Below are positions 27,421 to 39,925 of a DNA stretch of 64,000 nt, one piece after another; position 1 is the stretch's first letter, and every line of letters starts with the position of its first letter. The position numbers and the translations under genes are program-made. The notes under the pieces were generated by a model. The model did no database searches and was not told the DNA's origin. It worked only from the letters and a program-made list of their open reading frames with translations. This stretch comes from Podarcis bocagei (lineage: Eukaryota). The stretch lies in the NCBI GenBank assembly GCA_964188305.1, contig OZ076886.1, one strand, 5' to 3'.

Positions 27421-27622
27421 CAAGAACTAACTTAGTTGGTCTTTAAGGTGCTACTGGAAGGAATTATTTCATGGCTCTGGTTTTGCCTCATTATATTGAA
27501 ATACATAGAGCTTTTATTGTTGCTTTCTTCCCCACATTTGGAAAAGCACAATAAGTGCAAATTAGGTAGTTTGGCATTAAAGAACAAACAGAATGAAATT
27601 CTCCATCATCTTTCTACTTCAT

Positions 27623-27692
27623 GCATCTGATAAAGTAGGCATATGTTGGTACCACAATAAATCTGTTATTCTTTAAAGTGCCAAAAGGCTCC
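27623..27692 (+). mobile_element. Decayed Penelope-like terminal repeat (same older family as 13609)
   Basis: gcatctgataaagtaggc...accacaataaatctgttattctttaaagtgccaaaaggctc. Confidence 0.4.
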
Positions 27693-28979
27693 TAATAAAT
27701 ACATTTGGAATCAGATTGTCATCTAATATAAACTAACAGAACTTTGGACACTTTAGGTAAATGGTGGATTTGTTTTTAATTTGATCTCTTTTGAGTATTA
27801 TTGTTTTTTGTTTTCATGTTTCCTTTTCCGGGTACACAAAGAGAAGCTGTTTGCCCCAGCTATGTTATCTTCAGGTCTTCTTTTGTTCTCACCCAGTTTA
27901 CTCAGTGAATAGGAAATGTACTTGCTTTTTTTCTAAATAATTTCTTTGTATTCATGGAATATTACCATGCCAGTGGTTTTCGTTTCAAGACGCATAATTA
28001 GTCTTTAGAGACAAAGTCAGATAGTTTCTGCCAAAGGATGTATGTTTTTTCCTCTATATTCCAATCCAACTCCTTCCCTTTAGTAAACCCTTTGTCACAG
28101 CAGCCTTCCAAATATGGTGATGAATGTACAGTGTTGATATTAGAGGTACCTTGGATGCCTTTGTCAAATGATTATGTTTGATAGTTACATTGTACTTTGG
28201 CTTGATAGTTCTGGAGCTTTGATGCACCTTCATGCAAAAATCAACTGTCTAATTAACTGCAGACCTCATTTATTTTGAGCTGTTTTGGTGCTCTGAACAA
28301 CATACTTAAAATCACAACAATGGATTTCTGCAGTCAGAAGTGTGGTATGTAAACTCAGTATGGAAGGCCAGAGCAGCTGCTAGATTTCTCAATGGCACAG
28401 ATGATTATGAAGAGAAGAAATTTAGGCCTGAATAACAAAATACAGTCATACTGTGAGCAGATTATTCCTCCACATTAAAATGAAGACTGGGATCAGATTG
28501 CTTAGGTAGTAATAACATACAGAGAAACAATGTATCTTCAGGATATAAAATTATATGTTTATAATCACCACACTGGTCTGAGTAGGGGGAAGGTTTCAGG
28601 GGTGCAATTCTTAGCTGGGTTTAGTTTCTGTTGGAAGAAGGGCACCAGTCACAGTCATCAAGCATTTTTCTTTGCCACTCCAAAATACACCTACAAAATC
28701 TCATCAGTTACAATCCCTTGCAAAGTTATATTTTTAATAAATGTAAGCATACTGACATTCTACTGCAGAGAGCAGAACAGTGTCCCCAAAGCTCCTGGAA
28801 ATAAGTGTCCAAAAGCACAGTCGTTTTAAAGCACAGTAGTTTTAATTGTTTCTTTTCATATACACACATAAATTGTATCAAGGTGTATGATGGGTTTTAC
28901 TACTTGAAATACACAGTACTTGTTTCTGTTTTCTTGTTTAATGGGAACATTTTATTGATACATTCTAGTAAATTCTTCT

Positions 28980-29210
28980 CTCACTTAATCTTCGTGAGTC
29001 TGGGCATGCTTACAATCCATTCTGGAGGTCCGGTTGTAAACCAAAACAGCTTGTAACCCAAGGCGCGCTTTCGCCAGTGGGGCCTCCAAAAAAAAAGAAG
29101 GGGAAAAAAGGTTGTAATCCCCTAAAAATGGGTTGTAATCCCCAAAAAGGGACACGCACTTCAGGGTTTGATGTGGTGGTAATCCGGTTGCAAACCAAGG
29201 TACCACAGTA
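28980..29210. mobile_element. Partial mariner-type MITE related to family A; its right TIR was the SINE target
   Basis: ggaggtcc, ggggcctcc and ccaaggtaccac.gta motifs shared with family A; left end not resolved. Confidence 0.5.
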
Positions 29211-29551
29211 AAGGTAAAGGGACCCCTGACCATTAGGTCCAGTCGTGGCCGACTCTGGGGTTGTGGCGCTCATCTCGCTTTATTGGCCGAGTTACAGCTT
29301 CCGGGTCATATGGCCAGCATGACTAAGCCGCTTCTGGCGAACCAAAGCAGTGCACGGAAATGCCGTTTACCTTCCCGCCGGAGCGGTACCTATTTATCTA
29401 CTTGCACTTTGACGTGCTTTTGAACTGCTAGGTTGGCAGGAGCAGGGACTGAGCAATGGGAGCTCACCCCGCCGCGGGGATTCGAACCACCGACCTTCTG
29501 ATCGGCAAGTCCTAGGCTCTGTGGTTTAACCCACAGCGCCACCCGCGTCCC
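29211..29551 (-). mobile_element. Sauria SINE, full length
   Basis: 14-bp TSD aaggtaccac(a/t)gta at 29197-29210 and 29554-29567. Confidence 0.9.
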
Positions 29552-31759
29552 ATAAGGTACCACTGTACTTTCCCTTTATACATCTTAAACTAGGTCAACT
29601 TTTTTTATCAGTAAGGATAATTTTGCTCTGTCAATAGCTGAGATTAAAACATTGGTGCTTTTATGAAAGGTATTATGATACTGATGCATGCCAAAAGACT
29701 TCTTGCTTGGTCTATAATTATCCTATCTCACTAAGCAACAGTGGTGCTTCTCTTGAGTCTCCTATTTTCTCTGTCTAGCTGATCTCGAAAGCTGAAGGTT
29801 TCCTTACAAAAATATTAGTTTTCTACTTTAGTGTATTGTGTAAGCCGTGTTTTGTTTTAAAACAAATGGTTTTTAAACAGCATTTGCTTCTCCTTAACAT
29901 GAAATAGCATCCTTTTATTTATTAAGCAAAGTTCTTCAGGGATACAAAGCGGGTTGATTTTTATCAGTCTTTGCTATGACAACTGCAGTTCATGTGTTTT
30001 TACAAAAGCTCAGTTCCTGTTAAATGCAAAGGTAGTGCATAGAGCAAAGCAGAAGTAGAAACGAGATGTCTCTTTGGGAGCGGGTGAAGTGAAAGTTCAC
30101 AGTGGAGCATGCATTTTATATCTGGAAACAACTGAAGCGCACGTAAGTATTGCTTGCTGGTTTGCTTTCACCATTAAAGGTGCAACTACAGATTGTACTG
30201 GAATGCTTTTATTGACCACCCCTTCCTCCACCCCACAGTCTTCTTGATATCTGGGTGCTCACGGTGTACTTAGTAAGTGCTGCAAGGACTTGAAAACACC
30301 CTGACCTTCTCCCATATCGACCTGCCCATCTGTGGGGGAGGAGAGACCTGGTGGTGATTCAGCTTGCTAAGACTCTCTTTGTGACAACCCAAATCCCTTC
30401 TGTCTTGAGATATGGCTTTCACCTCCTCTCATGATTTTTAGGCAGTAGCTGAGGACATGCCTTTTTGCCCAGGCATTTAGTTGCTTTTCCTTTAGTGTCT
30501 GTTGTTATTTATGTGTCATTTCCTGGCTATGAAGAATATTTTAATACATGTGTTGCTTCAGTGATTATGGCGTCTGCCATGATGTTGCTTTGCAGTGAAG
30601 GGCAGACAAACACCTGTTTGAAGTAAATCAATAATGGCACAATCCTGTACATGCCTACGCAGCAGAAAACCTCTTTGACTTCAATGGGACTTACTCCCAG
30701 GTGTGTAAAGGATTGCAGTTGAAGACTATCAAGCAGTGGTTGCTCTATGCAACAAATTTTTCGTTAGAAAATTTACTGTGAACAACTCTTGGCAGTTATC
30801 ATTTTCTGCTTCTGCTAATTCCTTCAGTGGGATATGTAATGTGGACAAGCACTTGCAACAACTATATTTAAATTTACATTTATTATACACATTTTTAAAG
30901 CCTTGAAGTTGCAGTCATCGCCAGAGTACTGTAAAATGTAACTATGTGATCTGCCCTAACAACATATGCCGAAAGTTGAATATGTTACTGGGAATAGTGT
31001 AGGAGCAGCTATATGATAGCACAATGGTGGGTGATGCATATTTTTGAAACCCATGTTTCCTCACAGAGCTATTGGTCTCAGAGGGTTTTTAACAGTCAGT
31101 CCCTCTTTCCAGGGAACTCTGGGAATGGAAGTTCCGTGAATGGAATAGGGGTTTCCTAAGAATGCGCAGAACACAGTTAACAAACTACATTTCCCAGGAT
31201 TTTTTGGAAGAAGCAATGACTGTTTAAAGTGGTTTGATAGTCTTTTCAATGTATAGTGCAGATGGGGACTCACTGAACTAAGTGGTTAACTTCTATTGCT
31301 TTATTAATTGACTGTTTATAGTTACCTTGTTTGAACTGGTATTGCTAAAAAAAAAAGTTTTAATTTAAAAATCTAAACAGTCCTAAAGAGTTTCTTCATT
31401 TGGAAACAAAATATTAATCCCTAAGATGATTTGGTTCCCATTGACAGATTCACTCTTGCTTCTTGTTTTCAAATGTGTGGTCTAAGCGTGAGTGTCCAAG
31501 TTAGCTGAATTAAAGAGCAACATCCCCAATAGGGGACATTTCAATAGCTCAGGCCAGGCTACATAGTGTTTGTAAGTGAGGAGTTACTTGCTATTGTGCG
31601 ACATAGTTACATGTCTTCGATAAGGCCAGTTTGTCTTAACTGTGGCTGTTGGTTCCCGTAGCTAGATGGCATATGATATGAACGAGATAATATTGTTGAA
31701 TGGGCTGATTAGATGGGATAGTACCTTATCAGCACAGGTGGCACCAAGCATTTAATTTC

Positions 31760-31960
31760 ATTTCTGTCCGCCTCTTTCTCCAGGAAGCTCAAGATAGCAT
31801 ACATAGTTCTCCTGCTCCCCATTTTATCCTTACAACAGCCCTATAAGGCATCTTAGGCTGTGAGGCAGTGAGTGACTGGTCCAAGGTCACCCAGTGAGCT
31901 TCATGGCCAAGTGGGGATATGAACCCCGGTCTCCCAGGTCCACTGCACCACGCTGGCTCT
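31760..31960 (-). mobile_element. MIR/CORE-like SINE remnant
   Basis: cccattttatccttacaacagccct...gactggtccaaggtcacccag...ggatatgaacccc. Confidence 0.55.
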
Positions 31961-32492
31961 CAGAGGGATCTTTACAAGGTAAAAAGAATGACAGCCCTCA
32001 GTTTTTACATGGAGGCAGCCATGTTTTCCCTAACACAGCTTCTTCTGAGAGCAACAGAATATCATCAGGTGCCGTCGCTCCCAGGAACTTGCTCAGTTCC
32101 TTTCAATGCACACAGCAGCAAGGAGCCCAGCACATTAACCACAAAAGGCTGTGAGCGACTGGGTGACTCCTGGAGCTTTGAAAAAGCAGTGAGGAATGGA
32201 CAAAGGCAGTGCTGCAGCCCTCATACCACCTTGTAATGGTATCCACAGGACAAAAGTGGACTCATGATCCAGTCTAAATCATTACTTTCCTGGACTGAAT
32301 AAGGCTTTGGAATAAGGTTCTGCAAATTCTTCCTCCATCCTTGGTTGCAATATTCAAAATATACATGTGTATATTTATGTACATGTTTAATTGTCTTATT
32401 TTTGAACTGATTTTCACTGTTTTTACTAGCATAATAGTAGGGCTATATTGCATATCCCTTTTGAACTCCTAATTCAGGACTAGAATTTAACA

Positions 32493-32686
32493 GCACCCGC
32501 CCTATGGAACGTCCTCCCACCAGATGTCAAAGAGAACAACAACTCCCAGACTTTTAGAAGACATCTGAAGGCAGCCCTGTTTAGGGAAGCTTTTAATATT
32601 TGACGAACTACTGTATTTTAATATTTTGTTGGAAGCTGCCCAGAGTGGCTGGGGAAACCCAGCCAGATGGGTGGGGGTATAAATAA

Positions 32687-32742
<56 letters not shown>
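32493..32742 (+). mobile_element. L2 3' fragment with long (TTA)n tail
   Basis: Encodes APALWNVLPPDVKENNNSQTFRRHLKAALFREAF; 3' hairpin; (TTA)n tail about 32689-32742. Confidence 0.8.
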
Positions 32743-35405
32743 GGCACTCAGTCTTGGCATGATGGCATTGCTATACAAATTTTTATTAACTGATGTTGTA
32801 CTCCCAATACATTTCAGAATAATAGTGCATGAAGTCTTAAATATATGTTTTTAAACATTAATTTAACTAAAATGATTGTAAACTTGGATCCAATGACCTT
32901 TTGTGCTGAAATAAAATAAAAGAGAACACTTAAGCAAACAAGATGGTATTGGCATTTACTTCAGAGTAGAAATTGTCTTATTGAGATTTGAATAAAAACC
33001 TTACCAATCCTTCCAATAAACTTCATGATTGAAATAGCAAAGCCATCAAAATGATTTAGTTTTGTGTTTGTCTAAAGTTCTGGTGGTGATCGAAGTGTAT
33101 CATTGTCCTCACTGACTGAGTCTTGTTATTTTAGCTGAATGATTTAAGTGAACTTGTGTCCCCCACCCCACCCCCAAGCAATTATTTGCCAAAAGGCCAT
33201 AGGGCAGTTTGCAACATAGAACATGATAAACAATATATGAACATGATAAACAATGTATGCCAATACTTAACGTAACAGCTGTACAATACAAAAAAATTAA
33301 AACAGTAATGTAAATACAAGTCAAAATAATAAGCAATACATGGTAAAAAATAATAGTAGATAATATATAATACATAATGAAAACATACTAAGTAAGCAGT
33401 AATGTAAAATTATTTGCACCAGCACCCCAACAATAAACTCCACAAACCCAGTAAAATAACATGAATTACCGGTATTCCATGTTTTTCTCAGGTTCAGGCT
33501 AATACACATTTCTTAACAACAAACTCCTACAACTTAATAGAGGGGGAAATGAACAGCAGTATATGTGAAGTTCAGAAACATTGCAACAGATGCATATACA
33601 GTATTTCTCTTTGTACAAAACTAACTCTTAATCCCCTGCAGAAAAGGCAGGTTTTTCCAGCTCTCACATGGGAACTTTCCTCTCCTCTCCTAGTCTCTCT
33701 ACATGAGAGACCTCTGCTTCCCTTCCCCTCAGGGTCCTTCCAGATTTGTCTGCCACTTTTAGGGTTTGTGCTATACTTGTCCCATAGGCAGCCCAGAAGA
33801 GAAGGGGCAATAATTTTGTTATTATTGTGCTCCTGCTATTTGTCTCATGCATTTTAGCTTGTGAACCTGTGGACAGGATTGGGAATTTTTATTTCTGTAC
33901 TGCGCCTATATTTCTAGTGCAGTTAATATTAATATAATGTCACCATAAGGGGTTTTTTTGGGGGGGTAGCGGAAGAGTGTACCGTGTAGCTTGCTTGTAT
34001 TGCATGATGTTGGGTTTTTCTTTTTTAAAAGCACTGCTTGTTTCTTGTTTTCACTTATGACGTAGGTGGTGGCTTTTGATAAGGAAGTGGCTTTTTAATC
34101 ATCAACTAGGAGTTCACTGAACCGTGTTCTTTGCATTCTCTGAGAAAGATTGTTAGCTGATGTGGATTGATGAGGTCCATTTAAAACAACTGAGCTGTTA
34201 GCTTGCACCATCCCAGAAAATGCCGCTTTTATCAGTTTGTGATATATGGATGCCTCTATTGAACCACTATTTCACAAACACCCTGTGATGATTCAGTCTT
34301 GAGAATAAGCAGTCCAGGGATGGTTGCTCAAACCCTTCCACTCAGCCTGCAGCTCTGCTGGGTGACCACACAGACCCAGTTCCAAGACCCCTCTCTCCCC
34401 CACTCTTTCATCTGGCAGGTGCTGTGTGCTGTGGCTGCACTCATGAAGCCAGGAGTGGACACACAACTCCTTTGGTCTCCTCTCTTCCTCACCTTCTACC
34501 TGCATTTCAACCTGGATATGCAAGTGCGATTCTTTTTAGTCTTTGACTAACAAGTGTGTAACCCTTGAGAATGAGAGAGACAGAGAGACAGAGGCAGAGA
34601 GATAAATGATGCTAAGTAATGACCACTGTAATATTTAAGTCATGAATTCACATGGTGCATTGCAGTTACTTTTTTGTGAATGGGAACTTTGCAAGTTGTG
34701 GTTTCAGAGTTCACAGAAGGGTGTGTGTGAACATCTATGTTTGCTTGTTTGTGTGACATTACACTGCTTGCATGAACCAGGGTATTAGTTTCATGGATAC
34801 TTTAGTGGAGATTCCTACATTGCAGGGAATTGGACTAGATCACCCTTGGTGTGCCTTCCACCTCTATGATTCTGGTTTTTTTGTCGTCATTGGTTGACCA
34901 CTTATCACTAGTATTGACTCTTTGAGATCAGCAGACAGACCACATAGAGCTGTAGTGTTATTTTCAACCTGGTCATTTTAAGGGGCCATATGGGTTTGTT
35001 TTCAGTTTTCTCGAAATTGAAGTAAAAATATGGATAGCATTACTTTTTGAGTTGCTCATGAACATTAACTATACTGGGTTAAGGAAGAGGGCAGATCCTC
35101 AGAACTTCTGAATTGCAACACTGATGGCGCATATATTCATAATGGTGTTTTTCTTTTCCTTCTGGTACTTCGAATGAGCAAACACACCAACTCGGTTGGT
35201 TAAATGACCAATCAGCTCCTGATAATACCTAACTGGTAGCTATTACTAATGCCTGTTAGTGTGTTATATAATATTTTGAATTTTTCAGCACATGGACATC
35301 AGAGGTGGGGGCTGACATGGCCCCTGTCATCACACAAAATGTTTTTACAATTATATGGGTATCCCCACAGTCATTCAAGGTTAGAATATTTTAATAAATT
35401 TAGAG

Positions 35406-35546
35406 CAAGGGTGAGGAATCTGTGGCCCTCCAGACATTGCCGCACTACAACTCCCATCATCCCTGACAATTGGTCATGCTGACTAGGGCTGATGGGAATT
35501 GCAATCCAACATCACGCCTTCCGGGTCACAGTTTCCACAGCCCTGA
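35406..35546. mobile_element. Fold-back hAT-type MITE (degenerate)
   Basis: caagggtgaggaatctgtggccc ... gggtcacagtttccacagccctg with internal inverted actcccatca / tgatgggaatt. Confidence 0.55.
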
Positions 35547-35824
35547 TTTGGATTATTTGTTTATTTCTAAAATGTATACACTACTTGATTGTAGAAGAAC
35601 CTCAACGCAGATTATGTAATACTCTTCTTGAAAAATTGTTCATGAAAGCTGTTATCTTTCTGTCATCAGCCATCCTTTGCATGATGACAGTAGGGATGGA
35701 TGGATTTAAACTGATGACTTTGAAGTAGATGTGTCAATCATTAGATCAGTTCATGTGACAAGAGTCTTCTGCTTACTCATTAGCAAAAGGAGGAAGTAAA
35801 TACAAATTCATTTCTTTATTCCAG

Positions 35825-35995
35825 GTTGCCCTCATTCTTCTTTTCAAGTCAAATGTCACATTGACTCAAGGACAGTGCTGGAAACATGTAGTGAGTTGCA
35901 GCGTGTGGATCCCATTCAGTGCACTCTTCAACCTGGAAGAAAGCCCAAAACCAAATGCCATTTGGCCAAAAAGCATCCTCTGCCAAAACCCCAAG
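35825..35995 (+). CDS. FGD3: FGD3 N-terminal extension exon (FGD1-like), phase 1-1; not in ORF track
   Basis: tttctttattccag| ... ccccaag|gtttgt; open 171 nt: CPHSSFQVKCHIDSRTVLETCSELQRVDPIQCTLQPGRKPKTKCHLAKKHPLPKPQ; splice to next exon gives PKPQ-V-PPKP as in FGD1. Confidence 0.75.
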
Positions 35996-36469
35996 GTTTG
36001 TAATTTATTGGTGTTATTTTAAAAAATGTGTTGAACGATGCATGGCCACCCTATCAGGCCTTCTGAGAGGCTATATGAGCTAGAGGGCTTCCATGTATGG
36101 ATTGCTATAACTAGGTGGGGAATTGTTTTTGTTTGTTACTGTGTTAGTATTTTTGTGGTGTTATATTGTGAACCTCCCTGCGATCCTTGGATGAAGGGCA
36201 GTAAAGAAATTTAATAATAATTATAGTAATAATAGTGAGGGCTGAACTTCACAAGGCTATTCAGAAAGTAGCGTAAGTGGTGTAAGTTTTGATCTGAAGC
36301 ACATTGCAGTGGCACAGAGGTTCATTACTTCAACTGGGTAGATATCAATCGAACAGAAAGGTACGGTTTGGGTTTCACGTTTTGTGTTGATTTTTATTGC
36401 CGTCTCTGCAGTGCACCATTGGCCCACTATTCACCTTGAAGGCATGTTGGGAATTGCAATCCAATGTAT

Positions 36470-36549
36470 CACAGTATTTTAATATTCTTTTGGAAGCCGC
36501 CCAGAGTGGCTAAGGAAACCCAGCCAGATGGGCGGGGTATAAATAATAA

Positions 36550-36595
<46 letters not shown>
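36470..36595 (+). mobile_element. L2 3' tail with (TTA)n
   Basis: ggaagccgcccagagtggc...cccagccagatgggcggggtataaata followed by (TTA)n. Confidence 0.75.
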
Positions 36596-36596
<1 letters not shown>

Positions 36597-36854
36597 GTTC
36601 TGTATGATATACTAATTTGCTGCCAATCTCTCCCATTAAAAAAATGCAGGGATAGGGACATTTGCACATGGCAGGTGGACCAGGACAATCATGAAGAATG
36701 GCTGCTTCTGAACTAAAAAAGTATAGCATACTAAATTTAATTGAAATAATGTGTTAGCAGTTGAAATCCAGTCTAAGGGTAATAAATATATATATTAAAA
36801 AAACATGTTCATTCCAAAGAGATTTCTCTGGGATCTGTTGTATGAAAAATGTAT

Positions 36855-37036
36855 GACTGCGTACACAGTATACCTTTATAGCATATTCAAAACACATCTT
36901 TCCCCTTCAAAGAATTCTGAGCACTGTAGTTTGTTAAGGGTTTGCTAAGAATTGCAAGGCAGCGAGGGATAAACTGCAGTGCCCAGAATTGTTTGAGGGA
37001 AGGAATGTGCTTTGAAGGTATAGCGTCTATGCAGTC
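36855..37036. mobile_element. Fold-back MITE, possibly PIF/Harbinger-type
   Basis: TIR gactgcgtacac / gtctatgcagtc; internal inverted segments ttcaaaacacat / atgtgctttgaa. Confidence 0.45.
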
Positions 37037-38787
37037 TAAATTTCACAATCTGTAAGATGTATTAAATTGTTTTCTATGCCTGTATATATATAGAAAAAGA
37101 TGGGTTGGATCATTAATAATCAAATCATATCCTTTAACAGGATACAGCCTGGAAGCCCTTCCATCCACTCACAACCACACATTTCTTTCACCATCTCCAG
37201 GTCTGGCATACTCTTTCTTAGAATACAGGTTGAATTAATGATGTGTCTCTGCTGGGGGGGAAATTGGAACTTTACCTCTTGCCTATCATGTGACCACCTT
37301 CTGCCCAGGGGTTGCCATTTTTGGCCCTTACCTGGGATCATGCTTATTTGGGACTAATAACCATCTCCCTCTGAACCTGGAAACCAGAGCCCTTGATGGA
37401 ATTTAACCCCAAAATGATGTCTTGTAAGCTGATGTTCTTTAATGAACTCCTCTAAGGCAGAAATCAGTGTTCCAACATATATTTTAATGGGTTATCTGAC
37501 AAATTGCAATGCAAAATGTTCCTCCTGGACATCGATTTTTATACCTTACTTTGCTTTGTCCATTGCAGGTGATATATTCATACCTTAGCACTTACAGTGC
37601 CAGTAAGTGTTAAATCGTAATAGTTTTCCAAACCTCCCCCCCCCCATTTTAGCCACTTTTGTCCCATCCCCACCCCCCACCGCACCCTTCACCTGCTTCA
37701 AGTTAAGAGGAAGCTGACAACATTTTATGTTTTACTTTGTTGTTTCCCACTCGGTTAAACGTTTTATTTAAATTCCTGTCTGTTTTGCATATGTTTCTTT
37801 ATAAAATGCCATATATGTTGATGATATTATACAAAAATACAGTGCATTTTTTAATGTTGAACCCAACACGCTTTAGAGAGAGGTTCGAAATTTTAAACTT
37901 CACCCTTTTCCTCATTAAGCAGTCTGAACCTGAGCGTATTTTGCCAGCAACTGTTGAAGGATGTGAACAACTGGAGTTAATTGCCCTTTTTTTACAGTAT
38001 CTAGTTTAAAGGCCGGTTAAGTTAAGTTGCTTCTGGCTGTATGGAACAGTGAGATGACATGAACCCTGTTGCTATGGGTTACCACTTGCATGCTTGAAAA
38101 ACTACTATTTACTTGTGAACAATATGAGGACCTCGCATGGCTTGCTGCATTTTCCAAAAGACTGCTGCAGTAGGACTAATGCTCTTTCCCACCCCCACCA
38201 AAAGAGTAGAAAGCAGTACTTGGTAAGTGCTTTCTTACAGTAGCATGTTTAGTGCAGCAGCAAAAGAGGAAGGAAATTTCTGCAGTTTATACCTTAAAGA
38301 GGTGGGGGAAGGAAAAAGAAAGGAATACGGACAATTCTTGATTTGCTTTCTGAATTTCCAGAAGAATAGGCATGAGAGAAGATCTTTAAAAATCTCTATT
38401 AACTCTTATCAGTTTTGTTCAGTGCTTTAATCCAAAAGAACTCAAAGTTCTGGATCACGACTACCGAAAATGCTCATTTCGAGACTGGGCGTTGTGGTAG
38501 AGCTTTTGCAAAATGCAGTGTCTCTGTGTGCTATGCATCCTGTTTAGCAACAAGGAAGTGGTTACGTTCCGTCAGTCTTTGAAAGATCTACCAAAATGCA
38601 AAAGAGAAGCCCAGTGAGTCTTGGCTTAAAACAAATTATTCTTATATATAAAAACAGTCTGGCGCTACATTGGTGTTACTGTAATAAAGCAGTGGCCTTT
38701 TCAGCTTTGTAGAGGTGGAGCAATTGGCTTGGTTGCTGAAAGACGGACCATTCCTCTCTCTCTCTCTCTCTCTCTGTTTGTTTTCAG

Positions 38788-38959
38788 TACCTCCAAAACC
38801 TGTTCATCTCCAGCCTGCCGGGCACGAGAAGATTCCTCCAGCACCATCTAGGCCTTTGCCAGCAGATCCCAAGTCAACAAGAAGCCCAGTGCCTGAAGAA
38901 GAAACAACACAGACCTCACCAGACATTAACAGACTCATTGAAAAATTCGAAAGTATTAG
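38788..38959 (+). CDS. FGD3: FGD3 proline-rich exon (FGD1-like), phase 1-2
   Basis: (CT)n tract + ttttcag| ... ttag|gtaagt; VPPKPVHLQPAGHEKIPPAPSRPLPADPKSTRSPVPEEETTQTSPDINRLIEKFESIR. Confidence 0.85.
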
Positions 38960-39550
38960 GTAAGTACTTTTGGTTACTTTTGCTATCCTCCTCTTTTCTT
39001 TACATAACTGGAGGGGAAAATACGTTGTAACAATGCAGAATGAAAGTATGGCAACTCACAAATGTGAAATACATAAAATGGTGTGTCTATTTTAATACCA
39101 ACTGCAATTAAGTCAGGTCCATCTAAAACCTAGTGGAGAGTTTTGAAATATGTCTGATAATTGATGATGGTTTACAAGTAAATCACTCAGTGATGACACA
39201 TTTTTGACAACGGAGGGTTACAGTAAAAATGATGTTGGGCTGCCAGCCCAGATTCCAAAAGGATAAATACATAACAATACACTAAGAGACACAATTCAGT
39301 CCTGGCATAGGTGTTCTTGGACAACAAGTGATTTATTTAGGTTGGACGGATTTTCTCTAGACATGATTGATTTTAAAACTGGTTAACTTGTCAGAGAACC
39401 GAGAACTTATAGGACTGTTTTTTGGTGTTAAAAATGTTGAGTAAGTATACTATAAATTACTTTTATAATTTCATTCTCTTGGGATGTTGCAGTCTGTTAT
39501 GAAGATAAATATATCTGGCTAGTCTTTTAGCAAACCGTAAATGATTTATT

Positions 39551-39925
39551 AAGGGACGCGGGTGATCAAGGGACGCGGGTAGCGCTGTGGGTTAAACCAC
39601 AGAGCCTAGGACTTGTCGATCAGAAGGTCGGCAGTTCGAATCCCCGTGACGGGGTGAGCTCCCGTTGCTTGGTCCCTGCTCCTGCCAACCTAGCAGTTCG
39701 AAAGCACGTCAAAGTACAAGTAGATAAATAGGTGCCACTCCGGCGGGAAGGTAAACGGTGTTTCCGTGCGCTGCTCTGGTTCGCCAGAAGCGGCTTAGTC
39801 ATGCTGGCCACATGACCCGGAAGCTGTACGCCGGCTCCCTCGGCCAATAAAGCGAGATGAGCGCCACAACCCCAGAGTTGGCCACGACTGGACCTAATGG
39901 TCAGGGGTCCCTTTACCTTTACCTT
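39551..39925 (+). mobile_element. Sauria SINE, full length with duplicated 5' head
   Basis: 13-bp TSD taaatgatttatt (39538-39550, 39926-39938); (ACCTTT)n tail. Confidence 0.92.

Larger units (their letters stand above)
27257..27467. mobile_element. Fold-back insert of inverted Penelope-like terminal repeats (perfect 160-bp palindrome 27303-27462)
   Basis: 80-bp arms are exact reverse complements with no spacer; 15-bp TSD ttcatggctctggtt (27242-27256, 27468-27482). Confidence 0.85.
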
